Positions 37,632-48,806 of a stretch of DNA of 60,108 bases are shown here, in pieces. The stretch spans positions 1-60,108 of the forward strand of contig CAWVSV010000001.1 in assembly GCA_963933095.1 (NCBI GenBank). Reading direction: 5' to 3'. Position numbers and translations under genes: made by a program. Source of the stretch: an uncultured Cellvibrionales bacterium (GTDB taxonomy: Bacteria > Pseudomonadota > Gammaproteobacteria > Pseudomonadales > Cellvibrionaceae). Positions within the stretch are counted from its first letter, which is position 1, and the number at the start of each line of letters is the position of its first letter. A model generated the notes under the pieces. The model saw nothing but the letters and a program-made list of their open reading frames with translations, was not told the origin of the DNA and made no database searches.

Positions 37632-37850
37632 ATGAGCCAAGAACAGCCCAATGACCTTTTACACGGTATTACTTTAGAGCGGCTGCTTACTGAGTTGGTC
37701 GATGACTACGGTTGGGACGGTTTGGCTTATCGCATCGATATCCGCTGTTTCAGTAGTGATCCGAGTATTAAATCCAGCCTTAAGTTTTTGCGCCGCACGC
37801 CTTGGGCGCGCGATAAAGTGGAAGCTCTGTACTTGAATTGCAAACGCTAA
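37632..37850 (+). CDS. VF530 / DUF2132-family small helical (DNA-binding-like) protein
   Basis: 72 aa. [23 protein letters not shown]...[26 protein letters not shown] matches the DUF2132 pattern. Confidence 0.75.
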   Translation: MSQEQPNDLLHGITLERLLTELVDDYGWDGLAYRIDIRCFSSDPSIKSSLKFLRRTPWARDKVEALYLNCKR

Positions 37851-37874
37851 ACGCATAATAAGAGATTAATTGAG

Positions 37875-39155
37875 ATGAAAAAATTAGCCCTGCACTGGCA
37901 GATCTTAATTGCCATCGTTCTGGCCGTTGCAGCGGGTTTGCTCTCGGGTAAAGATACTAGTGTGCTGGGTGTGAGCCTCTATGCCAGCTACGCCTTTGTC
38001 GGTGCGCTATTTCTTAACGCCCTGAAGATGATCATTATTCCGCTAATTACTTCCTCGATTATTTCCGGTATCGCCGGTATTGGTGGCAGCGCCAATCTCG
38101 GTCGTCTGGGTGGCAAAACGATTTTGTTTTACGCCTGCAGCAGTTTGCTGGCGATCTTAATTGGCTTAACCACGGTGAATTTGATTCAGCCCGGCATCAT
38201 CGATGGCGAAGCCGCGGGTAAAAGCTTAAATCTCAATGTTAGTGAGGGACAGCTTGATTCAGTGTTGGCGAAGGTCGAGGGCCGCGGTGCCAGCGATATT
38301 AGCGATGTTTTTCTGCGTATGGTACCCACCAATGTTGTGGCGGCTGCAGCTGAGGGACAGATGTTGGGGTTGATTTTTTTCTGCCTGCTGTTCGGCTTTT
38401 TTATGACTCGCATTGATGATGAACGTGGTCAAATGCTAAAAACATTCTGGCAGGGAGTATTCGATGTAAGCATGTTAATCACTATGTGGGTGATGCGTTT
38501 CGCACCTATCGGTGTGTTTGGTTTGGTCGCTAAAACGGTTGCTGCAACTGGTTTTTTGGCTTTTATGCCGCTACTTAAATTTTTCTTCGCGGTTTTAATC
38601 GCACTGTTAGTACACGCTTTTATCGCCCTGCCGCTGTTGTTGCGTTTTGTCGGCGGTATCAACCCCAAGCGTTTTTTGCAGGCAATGTCGCCGGTAATGC
38701 TAACGGCATTTTCTACGGCGTCCAGCTCAGCAACTTTACCGCTGACCCTAAAAACGGTTGAAAATGAAGTGGGTGTTTCCAATGATGTTGGCAGTTTTGT
38801 TCTGCCACTGGGCGCCACTATTAATATGGACGGCACCGCTTTGTATGAGTGTGTAGCGGCGATGTTTATTGCTCAGGCCTACGGACTCGATCTCAGCATT
38901 GTGCAGCAGTTCACCATAGTTCTGGTGGCATTGTTGACATCAATCGGTGTGGCCGGGATTCCGGCGGCGAGCTTGGTGGCCATTACCGTTATTCTGGGAG
39001 TGATTGGTCTGCCGCTCGAGGGCTTGGGATTATTGCTGGTAACCGACCGCATTCTCGATATGATTCGAACAGCAGTGAATGTCTTTAGTGATGCTTCCGG
39101 CGCCGCTATTATTGCCCGCACCGAGGGCGAGCAGACCAATGTAGCCGTTGCATAA
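37875..39155 (+). CDS. Dicarboxylate/amino acid:cation symporter (DAACS family)
   Basis: 426 aa and polytopic. Motifs: SSSATLP and NMDGTALYE...AIFIAQ-like (NMDGTALYECVAAMFIAQ). Confidence 0.88.
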   Translation: MKKLALHWQILIAIVLAVAAGLLSGKDTSVLGVSLYASYAFVGALFLNALKMIIIPLITSSIISGIAGIGGSANLGRLGGKTILFYACSSLLAILIGLTTVNLIQPGIIDGEAAGKSLNLNVSEGQLDSVLAKVEGRGASDISDVFLRMVPTNVVAAAAEGQMLGLIFFCLLFGFFMTRIDDERGQMLKTFWQGVFDVSMLITMWVMRFAPIGVFGLVAKTVAATGFLAFMPLLKFFFAVLIALLVHAFIALPLLLRFVGGINPKRFLQAMSPVMLTAFSTASSSATLPLTLKTVENEVGVSNDVGSFVLPLGATINMDGTALYECVAAMFIAQAYGLDLSIVQQFTIVLVALLTSIGVAGIPAASLVAITVILGVIGLPLEGLGLLLVTDRILDMIRTAVNVFSDASGAAIIARTEGEQTNVAVA

Positions 39156-39879
39156 AACGGCCAGGTCACTGAATTTGTCCTAACAGCAGTTTGGCGGGCG
39201 AGCTGTTATAAACTCTGCTTTTGCTGAACCTTACACGCGAAGCAATGCGTTGTTGCTGGCTGGCTTCAGCGATGTGACGAGCATATTAATACCAACGCTA
39301 TTGTAAAACACTGCGCTTCATTGGTGTTTCGCCGATAAAATCTTTATCTGCGCCGGTTATATTTTGTCGCCATTGTTACATCATTAAACAATCAAATTAC
39401 TAAGGTCTTTATGCTTGGGTAGCACCATGTCGAGTGCGTGACTGGGCATGCTCAGCTCGTGGCGGCTGATGCGACTAAGGTGTGCTTTGCCTGACCTTTA
39501 GCCCTGACGACAGCGTCGCTGCAGTCCTTGGGCGTCTGTATAAACTGTCTGCACTGTTACATACTCGTCAGTTCTTGAGTCTGGTAATTTGCCTTGTCGC
39601 CAATGGCAGTGACTGAATGTTCAACTAGGGTGGCGAGGCCATGCAAGAGGCGGCCATTGACGCTTTGACCCAAGAGCGTGCAGCGCTTAAAGTATCGGCA
39701 ACTATTAAAAGGCGGTGCTAAGGCTAGTCAGGTGATTCTTTGTGCGCCGGAGCTGGCTTTACTGAATATCAGGTACAGCCCGCCAGCGTAGAGATTTAAC
39801 CTTTTATCTGGTATAAGCCTAAACATCTATAAAAAACACTAAAAAGTCGCCGTTAGGCCGCTTTTACACAGGAAGTCGT

Positions 39880-42144
39880 ATGTCTGAGGTTCTCAATCCT
39901 CCCGTCCTGCAAGATGCCGATGAGCGCATCTCACTGAAAGATTATTCCGAGAAGGCCTACCTGGATTATTCCATGTACGTCATTCTCGATCGCGCTCTGC
40001 CGCATATTGGTGACGGTTTAAAACCGGTGCAGCGCCGTATTGTATTCGCTATGAGTGAGCTGGGTTTAAAGAGTACCGCTAAATTTAAAAAGTCGGCGCG
40101 TACCGTCGGCGATGTTATCGGTAAATATCATCCGCATGGCGATTCCGCTTCTTATGAAGCCATGGTATTGATGGCACAGCCGTTCAGTTATCGCTATCCG
40201 CTGGTGGATGGTCAGGGCAACTGGGGCGCACCCGATGACCCAAAATCCTTTGCTGCCATGCGTTACACCGAATCGCGTTTGACTAAATATTCTGAGGCAC
40301 TGCTGAGTGAGTTGGGTCAGGGTACTGTCAATTGGTTGCCCAATTTTGATGGCACTTTAGAAGAGCCCGAAGTTCTGCCCGCGCGCGTACCTAATATCCT
40401 ACTCAATGGCACCACCGGTATTGCCGTGGGTATGGCCACCGATATACCGCCGCACAATCTGCGCGAACTCTGCGCTGCAGCGGTGCATATACTCGATCAC
40501 CCCAAGGCCACAGTACCGGACTTAATGGCGTTCGTTAAAGGCCCAGACATGCCCACCGAGGCGGAGCTGATTACCCCTGGGGCCGATTTGCAAAAGATGT
40601 ACGAGACGGGTCGTGGCAGCTTACGTATGCGTGCTATATGGCACAAAGAAGACGGCGACGTGGTCGTCACGGCACTGCCGCATCAAGTCAGCGGTGCCAA
40701 AATTCTGGAACAGATCGCCAGCCAAATGCAGGCCAAAAAATTGCCGATGGTTGCGGATTTGCGGGATGAATCAGACCATGAAAATCCGACGCGTTTAGTT
40801 ATTGTGCCACGTTCTAACCGTATCGACCTTGAACAATTGATGAGCCACCTGTTTTCCAGTACCGATTTAGAGCGCACTTACCGCGTCAATATGAATATGA
40901 TCGGTGTCGACGGCAAGCCCAAGGTTAAAGCCTTAAATACCATTTTGTCGGAGTGGATCAGTTTCCGTATTGGTACCACTCGCCGCCGACTAGAACATCG
41001 CCTCAGCAAAGTGGAAGAGCGACTGTTGCGATTGGCCGCCTTGATGGTGGTGTTCCTCAATGTTGATGAAGTAATTCGTATCATTCGCGAGGAGGAGCAC
41101 CCTAAGCCGGTATTGATGGAGCGTTTCGACTTAGTCGAGATGCAGGCTGAATATATTTTAGAAACTAAGCTGCGCCAGCTGGCACGTCTGGAAGAGGTGA
41201 AAATTCGCCAAGAGCAGGAAGCTTTAGAGAAAGAACGCAATCAGCTGGTACAACTTCTCGGCAGCGACCGCCGTTTAAAAACTCTCGTGCGCAAAGAGCT
41301 GATTGCCGCTGCGGAAGAGTTCGGCGATGACCGCCGTTGCCCTATAGTGATTCGCGGCGAAGCTAAGGCTCTGAATGAAATGGATCTGCTGAGCGTTGAG
41401 CCCATTACTGTTGTTATTTCTGAAAAGGGCTGGATTCGCTCGGCCAAGGGCCACGATATCGACCCCTCAGCGCTCAACTATAAAGCCGGTGATAGCTTTA
41501 AAATCGCGGTGCAGGGTAAGAGCAATCAGAACGTTCTGTTGCTCGATTCAACTGGTAGATCTTACGCCATCGCGGCTCACAGCTTGCCATCCGCGCGCGG
41601 TCAAGGCGAGCCGGTTACTGGCCGCGTCAATCCACCCTCGGGCTCAACATTTGAGGGCGCCTTGATGGGCCCAGACGATCAGCGCATATTGCTGGCGACC
41701 GACGCGGGCTACGGTTTTATCGCCAAACTTGGCGACCTCTACACCAAGAATAAGGCGGGTAAGGCGGCGTTAAGTCTGCCTAAGGGTGCCAAGGTGCTGG
41801 CACCACGATTACTCAATGTTAACCCTGCAAGTACGATACTGGCTGCGGTTAGCAATGAGGGCCGCCTGCTGGCTTTTCCGTTGACCGAGCTGCCAGAACT
41901 AGCCCGAGGTAAGGGCAATAAGATCATCAATATTCCCTCGGCACGAGTGCAATCGAGGGAAGAGTTTGTCGCCGGCTTAGCTTTAATCGGTCCGGGCCAG
42001 TATTTAACGCTCTATTCCGGCAAGCGGCATGTCAATCTTAAGGCTAGCGATATGGAACACTACTTGGGTGAGCGCGGAAGGCGCGGCAATAAGCTGCCGA
42101 GAGGTTTCCAAAAGGTGGACAAAATCGAAGTGACCGATAAATAA
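39880..42144 (+). CDS. parC: DNA topoisomerase IV subunit A
   Basis: 754 aa. Motifs: [24 protein letters not shown], and the active-site region AAMRYTE. It is shorter than GyrA and lacks a GyrA box, which is consistent with ParC. SD AGGAAG is present. Confidence 0.93.
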   Translation: MSEVLNPPVLQDADERISLKDYSEKAYLDYSMYVILDRALPHIGDGLKPVQRRIVFAMSELGLKSTAKFKKSARTVGDVIGKYHPHGDSASYEAMVLMAQPFSYRYPLVDGQGNWGAPDDPKSFAAMRYTESRLTKYSEALLSELGQGTVNWLPNFDGTLEEPEVLPARVPNILLNGTTGIAVGMATDIPPHNLRELCAAAVHILDHPKATVPDLMAFVKGPDMPTEAELITPGADLQKMYETGRGSLRMRAIWHKEDGDVVVTALPHQVSGAKILEQIASQMQAKKLPMVADLRDESDHENPTRLVIVPRSNRIDLEQLMSHLFSSTDLERTYRVNMNMIGVDGKPKVKALNTILSEWISFRIGTTRRRLEHRLSKVEERLLRLAALMVVFLNVDEVIRIIREEEHPKPVLMERFDLVEMQAEYILETKLRQLARLEEVKIRQEQEALEKERNQLVQLLGSDRRLKTLVRKELIAAAEEFGDDRRCPIVIRGEAKALNEMDLLSVEPITVVISEKGWIRSAKGHDIDPSALNYKAGDSFKIAVQGKSNQNVLLLDSTGRSYAIAAHSLPSARGQGEPVTGRVNPPSGSTFEGALMGPDDQRILLATDAGYGFIAKLGDLYTKNKAGKAALSLPKGAKVLAPRLLNVNPASTILAAVSNEGRLLAFPLTELPELARGKGNKIINIPSARVQSREEFVAGLALIGPGQYLTLYSGKRHVNLKASDMEHYLGERGRRGNKLPRGFQKVDKIEVTDK

Positions 42145-42481
42145 AGAGGTCTATTTATGCCCTGTGGATACTTCCACTTAAAGTAGTGGTTGTATGTCAC
42201 GCTTGCATAGATTTAAAGAGTGATTAGGTAAATTGTGTAGACAGCGAATCGTCCCGCTCTGACCACAGTAAAGTATGTGCTTGCACATTAAAGTAGATTA
42301 TTTAGAGGTTTTGATTAATCACTGAGTAGTGCGTTAAAAGCGAACACCGTTTCAAAACTAAATGAAAATTTGGCAGCATTCTAGCGACGAAACTTCGATC
42401 AAAGCCCGTTATATTTCAGATGGCGGCCGCGCAGATATTGACTACGAAAACCGCCGCAGAAAGATTTATTCTAGTAGGGTC

Positions 42482-45400
42482 TTATTTTAAGCCTGCTTTT
42501 TCTGGACCACCGATCTTTTCACGAGAGGTTTGAACCCACTGGTAAAAAATTGGAATTAAGAAGGTGCCGAGAATGGTGGCAGCTAACATGCCGCAAAGCA
42601 CGGTCATGCCGAGTGATACACGGCTAGCGGCGCCTGCGCCCGAGGCAAATACTAGTGGAAGTACGCCAAGAATAAATGACAGTGCAGTCATTAGTACGGC
42701 GCGAAAGCGTAAATGGGCGGCGTTGTAGGCGGCCTCAAAGATAGTTTTGCCTTCGCGTCGCTGTTCGATGGCGAATTCAACAATTAAAATGGCTGTTTTA
42801 GTGGCCATGCCGATCAATAGAATCATGCCAACTTGGGCGTAGATGTTGTTGGACATACCCACCGTATAGAGTCCTGCCAGAGCACCGAAAATTGCCAGCG
42901 GTACCGCAGCGATTACCGCTATCGGAATGGTCCAACTTTCGTATTGAGCCACTAAAAACAAGAACACGAAAATGATTGATAGAGTAAATAGAATCGGTGC
43001 CAGATTACCGGCTTCAATTTCCTGTTTAGTCTGACCGGACCATTCAAAGCTAAAACCGCCGGGGAAGTTGTCGGCCAGCTCGGTCATAGCGGCGATCGAC
43101 TCGCTCGAGCTGTACCCTGCAGCTGGTTGACCAGACACCTTAGCCGAGCGATAGAGGTTGAAGTGGGTGATGCTGGTCGGCCCCTGAATCGGGCTCAATT
43201 GCGCCAGCGTCATCAGCGGTACCATCTCATTGTCGACATTGCGGACATAGTAGTTCGATAAATCAGCGGGACCGCTGCGGTACTCGCCCTCGGCTTGAAT
43301 CATAACCTTGTAAGTACGCGAGAACTTATTGAAATCGTTGATGTAAAGGGAGCCGAGATTAGCTTGCAGAGTTTGAAAAACATCCGATAGAGCCACGCCC
43401 TGGGCTTTAGCTTTATCTCGGTCAACTTCCAAAAAGTACTGCGGTACATTCGCGCGGAAGGTGCTGAATACCTGATTCAGTTCAGGTCGTTGATTGGCGT
43501 CATAAATCAAGCCGTTCAGTACCTGAGCCAGATCTTTAGGTTCTTGGCCCTGCACATCTTGCAGCTGAAACTCGAAACCTGAACCTGTGCCCAAACCTGG
43601 AATTGGAGGTGGGTTAAACACCATTATCTGCGCGTCTGGCATGGCCCAAAGCTGTCCTTGAAGACGAGGAATAACCCCCCTTAAACTAAGCTCGGGGGTT
43701 GTGCGTTCGTCCCAGTCTTTCAGCATAACAATGCCTAGACCATTGTTGGGGCCTGCACCACCAATGAGACTGTAGCCGGAGACGGTAATAATGTCGGTGA
43801 CGGCGGGGTCATTTAAGGCAATATCGCTGATTTTCTCGATAACATTTTGTGTGCGCGCACCAGAAGCTGCATCGGGCAATTGAATATCGACAAAGACATA
43901 GCCTTGGTCTTCACCGGGAATAAATCCAGTCGGTACATTGACGCCGAGCCAAGCGGTAGCGACTAAGAGTAATATTACAAAAGCGCCGACGCGGGCGCCG
44001 CGTTTTAGGATCCAGCCGATAGCACCCTGGTATTTACCGGTTAGCTTTTCGATGCCAATTTCCACTGGTCGCAGCCAGCCTATGGGTTTTTGATTGGGTT
44101 TTAGCAATAGCGCACAGAGTGCCGGTGACAGGGTTAATGCGTTTATAGAGGAAATGAGTACGGCGCAGGAAATAGTTACCGAGAACTGCTTGTAGAGCTC
44201 GCCTGTTATACCCGGCATAAACCCGACTGGGCCGAATACCGCCAGTAATACCAGCGTAGTGGCAACAATAGGGCCGGTTACCTGTTGCATACTTTTAAGG
44301 GTCGCGTCGCGCGGCGACAATCCCTCTTCCTTCATGATGCGTTCGACGTTCTCGATCACAATAATGGCGTCATCGACCACAATACCAATGGCCAGTACCA
44401 AGCCGAATAACGTAATGAGGTTGATTGAGTAACCGAGCGCGGCCATGCAGGCAAAGGTACCGATTAGCGACACCGGTATAGCCACGATGGGAATAATAGT
44501 GGCGCGCCAGTTTTGCAAAAACAGGAACACCACTAAAATAACTAAGCCTACGGCCTGTAGTAATGTGATTACTACCTCTTCGATCGAGCGGTCAATAAAC
44601 TCGGTGGTATCGTAAAGGGCTTTGTATTCGAGTCCTTCGGGAAAGCTTTCAGACAGCTCCTTTATGCGCTGTTTAACTTGCTCGGCAACCGCGGTGGCGT
44701 TGGCGTCGGGCAGTTGGTAAATTACCAAAAAAGCGGTGGCTTGATTGTTGAGGCTCGCTTGAATGCCATAGGTCTCGGCACCCATTTCAATACGTGCAAC
44801 ATCTTTTAATCTTATGCTAGAACCATCCTCGCGAGCACGAATAATAATTTCGTCGAACTCACCTGCATCTGCCAAGCGGCCTCTGGCCTGAATGGAATAT
44901 TCAAATTGTTGATTGCTTGGCGCGGGCGCGGCACCAAATTTACCGGCGGCGACAATGAGGTTTTGTTCGTTAAGGGCGCTTTGCACATCGGTAACGGTAA
45001 CGCCGAGCGATGTCATGCGATTGGGGTTGAGCCATATGCGCATGGCATAGGTCATTTCCCCCATCACCTCGGCACTGGCAACACCGGGAATACGTCCCAA
45101 TGGTTCAGTCAGGTAGTTGGTCGCATAGTTCGACAGGTAGAGCTGATCAATTTGGTCCACTGTGCCGATAAGGTTAATACCCATTAGCATACTGGTGGAT
45201 TTCTTTTTGACCGTAATACCTTGGCGGCGAACTTCTTGCGGTAGTGATGGCTCTGCGATTGCAACGCGGTTTTGAACGTTGACCTGCGCCATGTTGTCGT
45301 CGGAGCCGGTGGCGAAATACACCATGATGACAGCTGAACCATCGTTGCTGGCCGTCGACTGTATATAAAGCATGTCCTCGACACCGTTGATCTGTTCTTC

Positions 45401-45598
45401 AATTGGGCGAATCACGGTTTCTTCAATGACTTGAGCGCTAGCCCCGGGGTAAACAGTGGTAATCTGTACTACTGGCGGGGTGATCTGCGGGTACATGTTG
45501 ACCGGCAGTACTCCGATGGCAAGGGCACCAGCAAGAGTAATTAAAATTGAAATTACGAAAGCGAACTTAGGTCGAAAAATAAAAAATTTGGAAATCAT
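42482..45598 (-). CDS. RND efflux transporter permease (HAE1, AcrB/MexB-like)
   Basis: 1038 aa with a 12-TM architecture and two large periplasmic loops. The conserved TM4 motif is AIGIVVDDAIIVIENVER. Confidence 0.92.
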   Translation of the reverse strand: MISKFFIFRPKFAFVISILITLAGALAIGVLPVNMYPQITPPVVQITTVYPGASAQVIEETVIRPIEEQINGVEDMLYIQSTASNDGSAVIMVYFATGSDDNMAQVNVQNRVAIAEPSLPQEVRRQGITVKKKSTSMLMGINLIGTVDQIDQLYLSNYATNYLTEPLGRIPGVASAEVMGEMTYAMRIWLNPNRMTSLGVTVTDVQSALNEQNLIVAAGKFGAAPAPSNQQFEYSIQARGRLADAGEFDEIIIRAREDGSSIRLKDVARIEMGAETYGIQASLNNQATAFLVIYQLPDANATAVAEQVKQRIKELSESFPEGLEYKALYDTTEFIDRSIEEVVITLLQAVGLVILVVFLFLQNWRATIIPIVAIPVSLIGTFACMAALGYSINLITLFGLVLAIGIVVDDAIIVIENVERIMKEEGLSPRDATLKSMQQVTGPIVATTLVLLAVFGPVGFMPGITGELYKQFSVTISCAVLISSINALTLSPALCALLLKPNQKPIGWLRPVEIGIEKLTGKYQGAIGWILKRGARVGAFVILLLVATAWLGVNVPTGFIPGEDQGYVFVDIQLPDAASGARTQNVIEKISDIALNDPAVTDIITVSGYSLIGGAGPNNGLGIVMLKDWDERTTPELSLRGVIPRLQGQLWAMPDAQIMVFNPPPIPGLGTGSGFEFQLQDVQGQEPKDLAQVLNGLIYDANQRPELNQVFSTFRANVPQYFLEVDRDKAKAQGVALSDVFQTLQANLGSLYINDFNKFSRTYKVMIQAEGEYRSGPADLSNYYVRNVDNEMVPLMTLAQLSPIQGPTSITHFNLYRSAKVSGQPAAGYSSSESIAAMTELADNFPGGFSFEWSGQTKQEIEAGNLAPILFTLSIIFVFLFLVAQYESWTIPIAVIAAVPLAIFGALAGLYTVGMSNNIYAQVGMILLIGMATKTAILIVEFAIEQRREGKTIFEAAYNAAHLRFRAVLMTALSFILGVLPLVFASGAGAASRVSLGMTVLCGMLAATILGTFLIPIFYQWVQTSREKIGGPEKAGLK

Positions 45599-45612
45599 CC
45601 TTCAAAGCTCTC

Positions 45613-46824
45613 TTAAATGTCGGTTTTAGCTGCAGGAGCCGTGTCTTTTATTACTTGGCCGAGCTCAACAACAGCTCCGGTCTGAGGGTCGACGGTTTTT
45701 TCTATTGGGTTAACTTCAACCCCAGATCGAACTTTTTGTAGTCCTTCGATAATGATTTTTTCGCCATTTTTGAGCCCTCCATTGACCACCCACATAGCAC
45801 CCATACGGCGGCCCATCTCAACATGGCGAGTGTTAACTTGATTCTTGTCGTTAATGACTAGTACAAAATTACCTAGCTGGTTCTCCTGCACGGCAGCCTG
45901 AGGTATCAGTGGCAACTGTTCTTTTTGCTGGCTTTCAACCAGTAGCGTCACATACAAGCCTGGGAGAATTAATCCTTCAGTGTTGGGGAAAATGGCGCGT
46001 AAATTAACCGAGCCTACAGTGCTGTCGATTTTAGTGTCGGCGAAATCGATTTTTCCTGCTTGGCCATACTCATCACCATTAGGAAGGCGAAGGCTTAAGT
46101 CGAGGGCGGGATCCTGTCCACTCTTGCCTTCGGCCGTACGTTTTTGCAGAAAATTAATGTAGGCGCTCTCTTCTAGCTGGAAGTTAATATAAATAGGATC
46201 GGAGGCCGATAGCGTCGCCAGTGATTCTGACGATGGGCCGACTAGAGTGCCAACATCATAGCGGCGCTTGCCGATTTTTCCGTCGAAGGGAGCAGTAATG
46301 TTTGTGTAGTCGAGGTTAATCCGTGCTGTTTCTAGTGCCGCTTCAGCACCTTTTACATTGGCATCGGCTTGGCTCGAAGCCGAACGTAATTTGCCCAAAT
46401 CGGACTGGCTGATATAACCATCGGGTGCCAATTCTTTACCTCGCTCGTAGTCTGCATCTGCTTGCAGTTCTTCTGCTTGGCGTGCAGCCAGATTGGCTTG
46501 CGCTTTATCTAGTTCGGCCTGATAGGGTCTGCGATCAATTTCAAACAGAAGATCCCCTTGTTTAACAAAACCGCCCTCGGTAAAATTTCGGTGAGTAATC
46601 TCACCCTCTATACGTGCGCGTAAATCGACTGTTTGTGAGGCTTCAGAGCGCGCCACAAACTCACGAAATTTACCTACAGGCGAGCTCTGTACGCTAAATA
46701 CAGATACCGCCGGCGCTGGCGGCGTTTGTTTGGGGACATCGTCACTGCAGGCACCTATGAAAAGAGCTGAGGCAATAACTGAACTGGCGGCGAGTGTTTT
46801 AAAGGCAGTGCGAGCGTTAGCCAT
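45613..46824 (-). CDS. RND efflux periplasmic adaptor (membrane-fusion protein), lipoprotein
   Basis: 403 aa. The lipobox is FIGAC. It has a coiled-coil hairpin and lipoyl and beta-barrel segments (ITAPFDGKIG). It lies 14 nt upstream of the RND gene. Confidence 0.9.
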   Translation of the reverse strand: MANARTAFKTLAASSVIASALFIGACSDDVPKQTPPAPAVSVFSVQSSPVGKFREFVARSEASQTVDLRARIEGEITHRNFTEGGFVKQGDLLFEIDRRPYQAELDKAQANLAARQAEELQADADYERGKELAPDGYISQSDLGKLRSASSQADANVKGAEAALETARINLDYTNITAPFDGKIGKRRYDVGTLVGPSSESLATLSASDPIYINFQLEESAYINFLQKRTAEGKSGQDPALDLSLRLPNGDEYGQAGKIDFADTKIDSTVGSVNLRAIFPNTEGLILPGLYVTLLVESQQKEQLPLIPQAAVQENQLGNFVLVINDKNQVNTRHVEMGRRMGAMWVVNGGLKNGEKIIIEGLQKVRSGVEVNPIEKTVDPQTGAVVELGQVIKDTAPAAKTDI

Positions 46825-46920
46825 TGATGAGTCCCTGAAAGTGTTGTGTTGACAAAAAGCTATTTCGATTATCGCATTGACGCTAAGTTGTTGCGAGAGA
46901 AGGGGAGGGAGTTTATGGTT

Positions 46921-47301
46921 TTACGATGGAATAAATTTAATAGCGGATATATTAGGCTCGCGATCTTTTCCTGCAGCGGCGAGTCTATTGATATATTGCT
47001 GCCAAAATTTATCCTGTTCCGTGCATAACTCGAACAGATAATTCCAGGTATAAATACCTGAATCATGGCCGTCATTGAAATAGATTTGTAGCGCATAGTT
47101 GCCGGCGGCGGCAACACTATTAATAGCAACGTCAGATTTGCCGAATTGCAGTACTTCTTGTCCAGGACCGTGACCTTTAACTTCGGCGCTGGGTGAGTGA
47201 ACGCGCAGCAACTCTGCGCTTAAGGTGAAAGATTCACCGGTTGTGTAGCTAAGTTCGAGAGAGCGGGACTTTTTGTGTAACTGAATTTTTATGGGCGTCA
47301 T
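46921..47301 (-). CDS. DUF971 (gamma-butyrobetaine hydroxylase-like N-terminal domain) protein
   Basis: 126 aa. Motifs: LRVHSPSAEV.GHG and GNYALQIYFNDGHDSGIYTWNYL. Its position downstream of hslU is conserved. Confidence 0.8.
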   Translation of the reverse strand: MTPIKIQLHKKSRSLELSYTTGESFTLSAELLRVHSPSAEVKGHGPGQEVLQFGKSDVAINSVAAAGNYALQIYFNDGHDSGIYTWNYLFELCTEQDKFWQQYINRLAAAGKDREPNISAIKFIPS

Positions 47302-47342
47302 AATTTTATCGCAAGACGCACGGGCGTCTTGCGTCTCGGCGA

Positions 47343-48662
47343 TTAAAGAATAAAGCGGCTCAGATCTTCATCTTGCGCCAGTTCGTCCAGTTGTTTATCT
47401 ACATAGGCGGCATCGATGACCAGTTCTCCGCCCGTGTCGGCGGCAGAAAAAGACACTTCTTCTAAAAGTCGTTCCAGCATGGTGTGCAGTCGTCGGGCGC
47501 CGATATTTTCTGTGCGTTCATTAACTTCAAAGGCGGTTTGGGCAATACGGCGAATGCCGTCGTCGCTAAAACTGATATTCAGGCCTTCGGTACCGAGTAG
47601 TGCACTTTGCTGTTCGGTCAGTGAGGCGGCAGGCTCGGTGAGAATACGCTCGAAGTCGTCGGCGGTGAGTGATTGAAGCTCAACTCGAATTGGCAAACGG
47701 CCCTGCAATTCTGGAATTAAATCTGACGGTTTGCAAACATGAAAGGCGCCAGAAGCGACAAACAGTATATGATCAGTCTTGATCATGCCGTGCTTAGTAC
47801 TAACAGTACAGCCTTCAATAAGCGGTAATAAATCGCGCTGCACGCCCTCGCGAGAGACATCGCCACCGCCACCGGAACCCTGACGCTTGGCGACCTTGTC
47901 GATTTCGTCAATAAAGACAATACCGTTTTGTTCTGCGGCGTCTATAGCGGTGGAGCGAATATCGTCTTCGTTGACCAGCTTTTCCGCTTCCTCGTCTTGA
48001 ACTTGCTTTAGCGCCTGCTTCACGGTCATCTTGGTAGTTTTGGTTTTGTCGTTCTTCATCGACGAAAACATACCCTGCAGCTGATTGGTCATGTCTTCCA
48101 TGCCCGGCGGCGCCATTATTTCTACGCCGATTTTAGCGGCGGCAATTTCGATTTCGATTTCTTTATCGTCGAGTTCGCCTTGGCGTAGCTTCTTGCGGAA
48201 CACCTGGCGGGTCGAGGATTCTTTTGCCTCGTTAACTTCTGAGCGCGCCGGTGGCAGCAGTACGTCAAGAATGCGCTCCTCGGCGGCATCGGCGGCGCGA
48301 AAAGCGACCTTTTGCATTTCTTGCTCGCGGTGCAGTTTAATCGAAACATCGACCAGATCGCGGATGATCGAGTCAACTTCGCGGCCGACATAGCCAACTT
48401 CGGTAAACTTGGTGGCTTCAACCTTAATAAAAGGCGCGTTGGCAAGTTTGGCCAGGCGGCGGGCGATCTCGGTCTTACCGACACCAGTAGGCCCAATCAT
48501 CAAAATATTTTTGGGCGTAACTTCATTGCGCAGTTCATCGCTGAGTTGCATACGGCGCCAGCGATTGCGCAGAGCAATTGCCACGGCACGCTTGGCTTCA
48601 CTCTGGCCGATTATATGTTGATCCAGTTCGTGGACAATTTCTTTGGGGGTCATGTTAGACAT
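47343..48662 (-). CDS. hslU: ATP-dependent protease ATPase subunit HslU
   Basis: 439 aa. Motifs: [39 protein letters not shown]. Confidence 0.96.
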   Translation of the reverse strand: MSNMTPKEIVHELDQHIIGQSEAKRAVAIALRNRWRRMQLSDELRNEVTPKNILMIGPTGVGKTEIARRLAKLANAPFIKVEATKFTEVGYVGREVDSIIRDLVDVSIKLHREQEMQKVAFRAADAAEERILDVLLPPARSEVNEAKESSTRQVFRKKLRQGELDDKEIEIEIAAAKIGVEIMAPPGMEDMTNQLQGMFSSMKNDKTKTTKMTVKQALKQVQDEEAEKLVNEDDIRSTAIDAAEQNGIVFIDEIDKVAKRQGSGGGGDVSREGVQRDLLPLIEGCTVSTKHGMIKTDHILFVASGAFHVCKPSDLIPELQGRLPIRVELQSLTADDFERILTEPAASLTEQQSALLGTEGLNISFSDDGIRRIAQTAFEVNERTENIGARRLHTMLERLLEEVSFSAADTGGELVIDAAYVDKQLDELAQDEDLSRFIL

Positions 48663-48806
48663 AAATTTTTATTTGCACTCCGAGTTAGGAGGCTATAGAA
48701 GTTTTTCCACAGTCGAGAAAGCACCGCGCGCAGGGAAGGTGTGTACGAGAAGTACATGACCGACCGGGCACGGCGCTGACGAAAGATGCAGGAAAAAGAT
48801 CACAGC

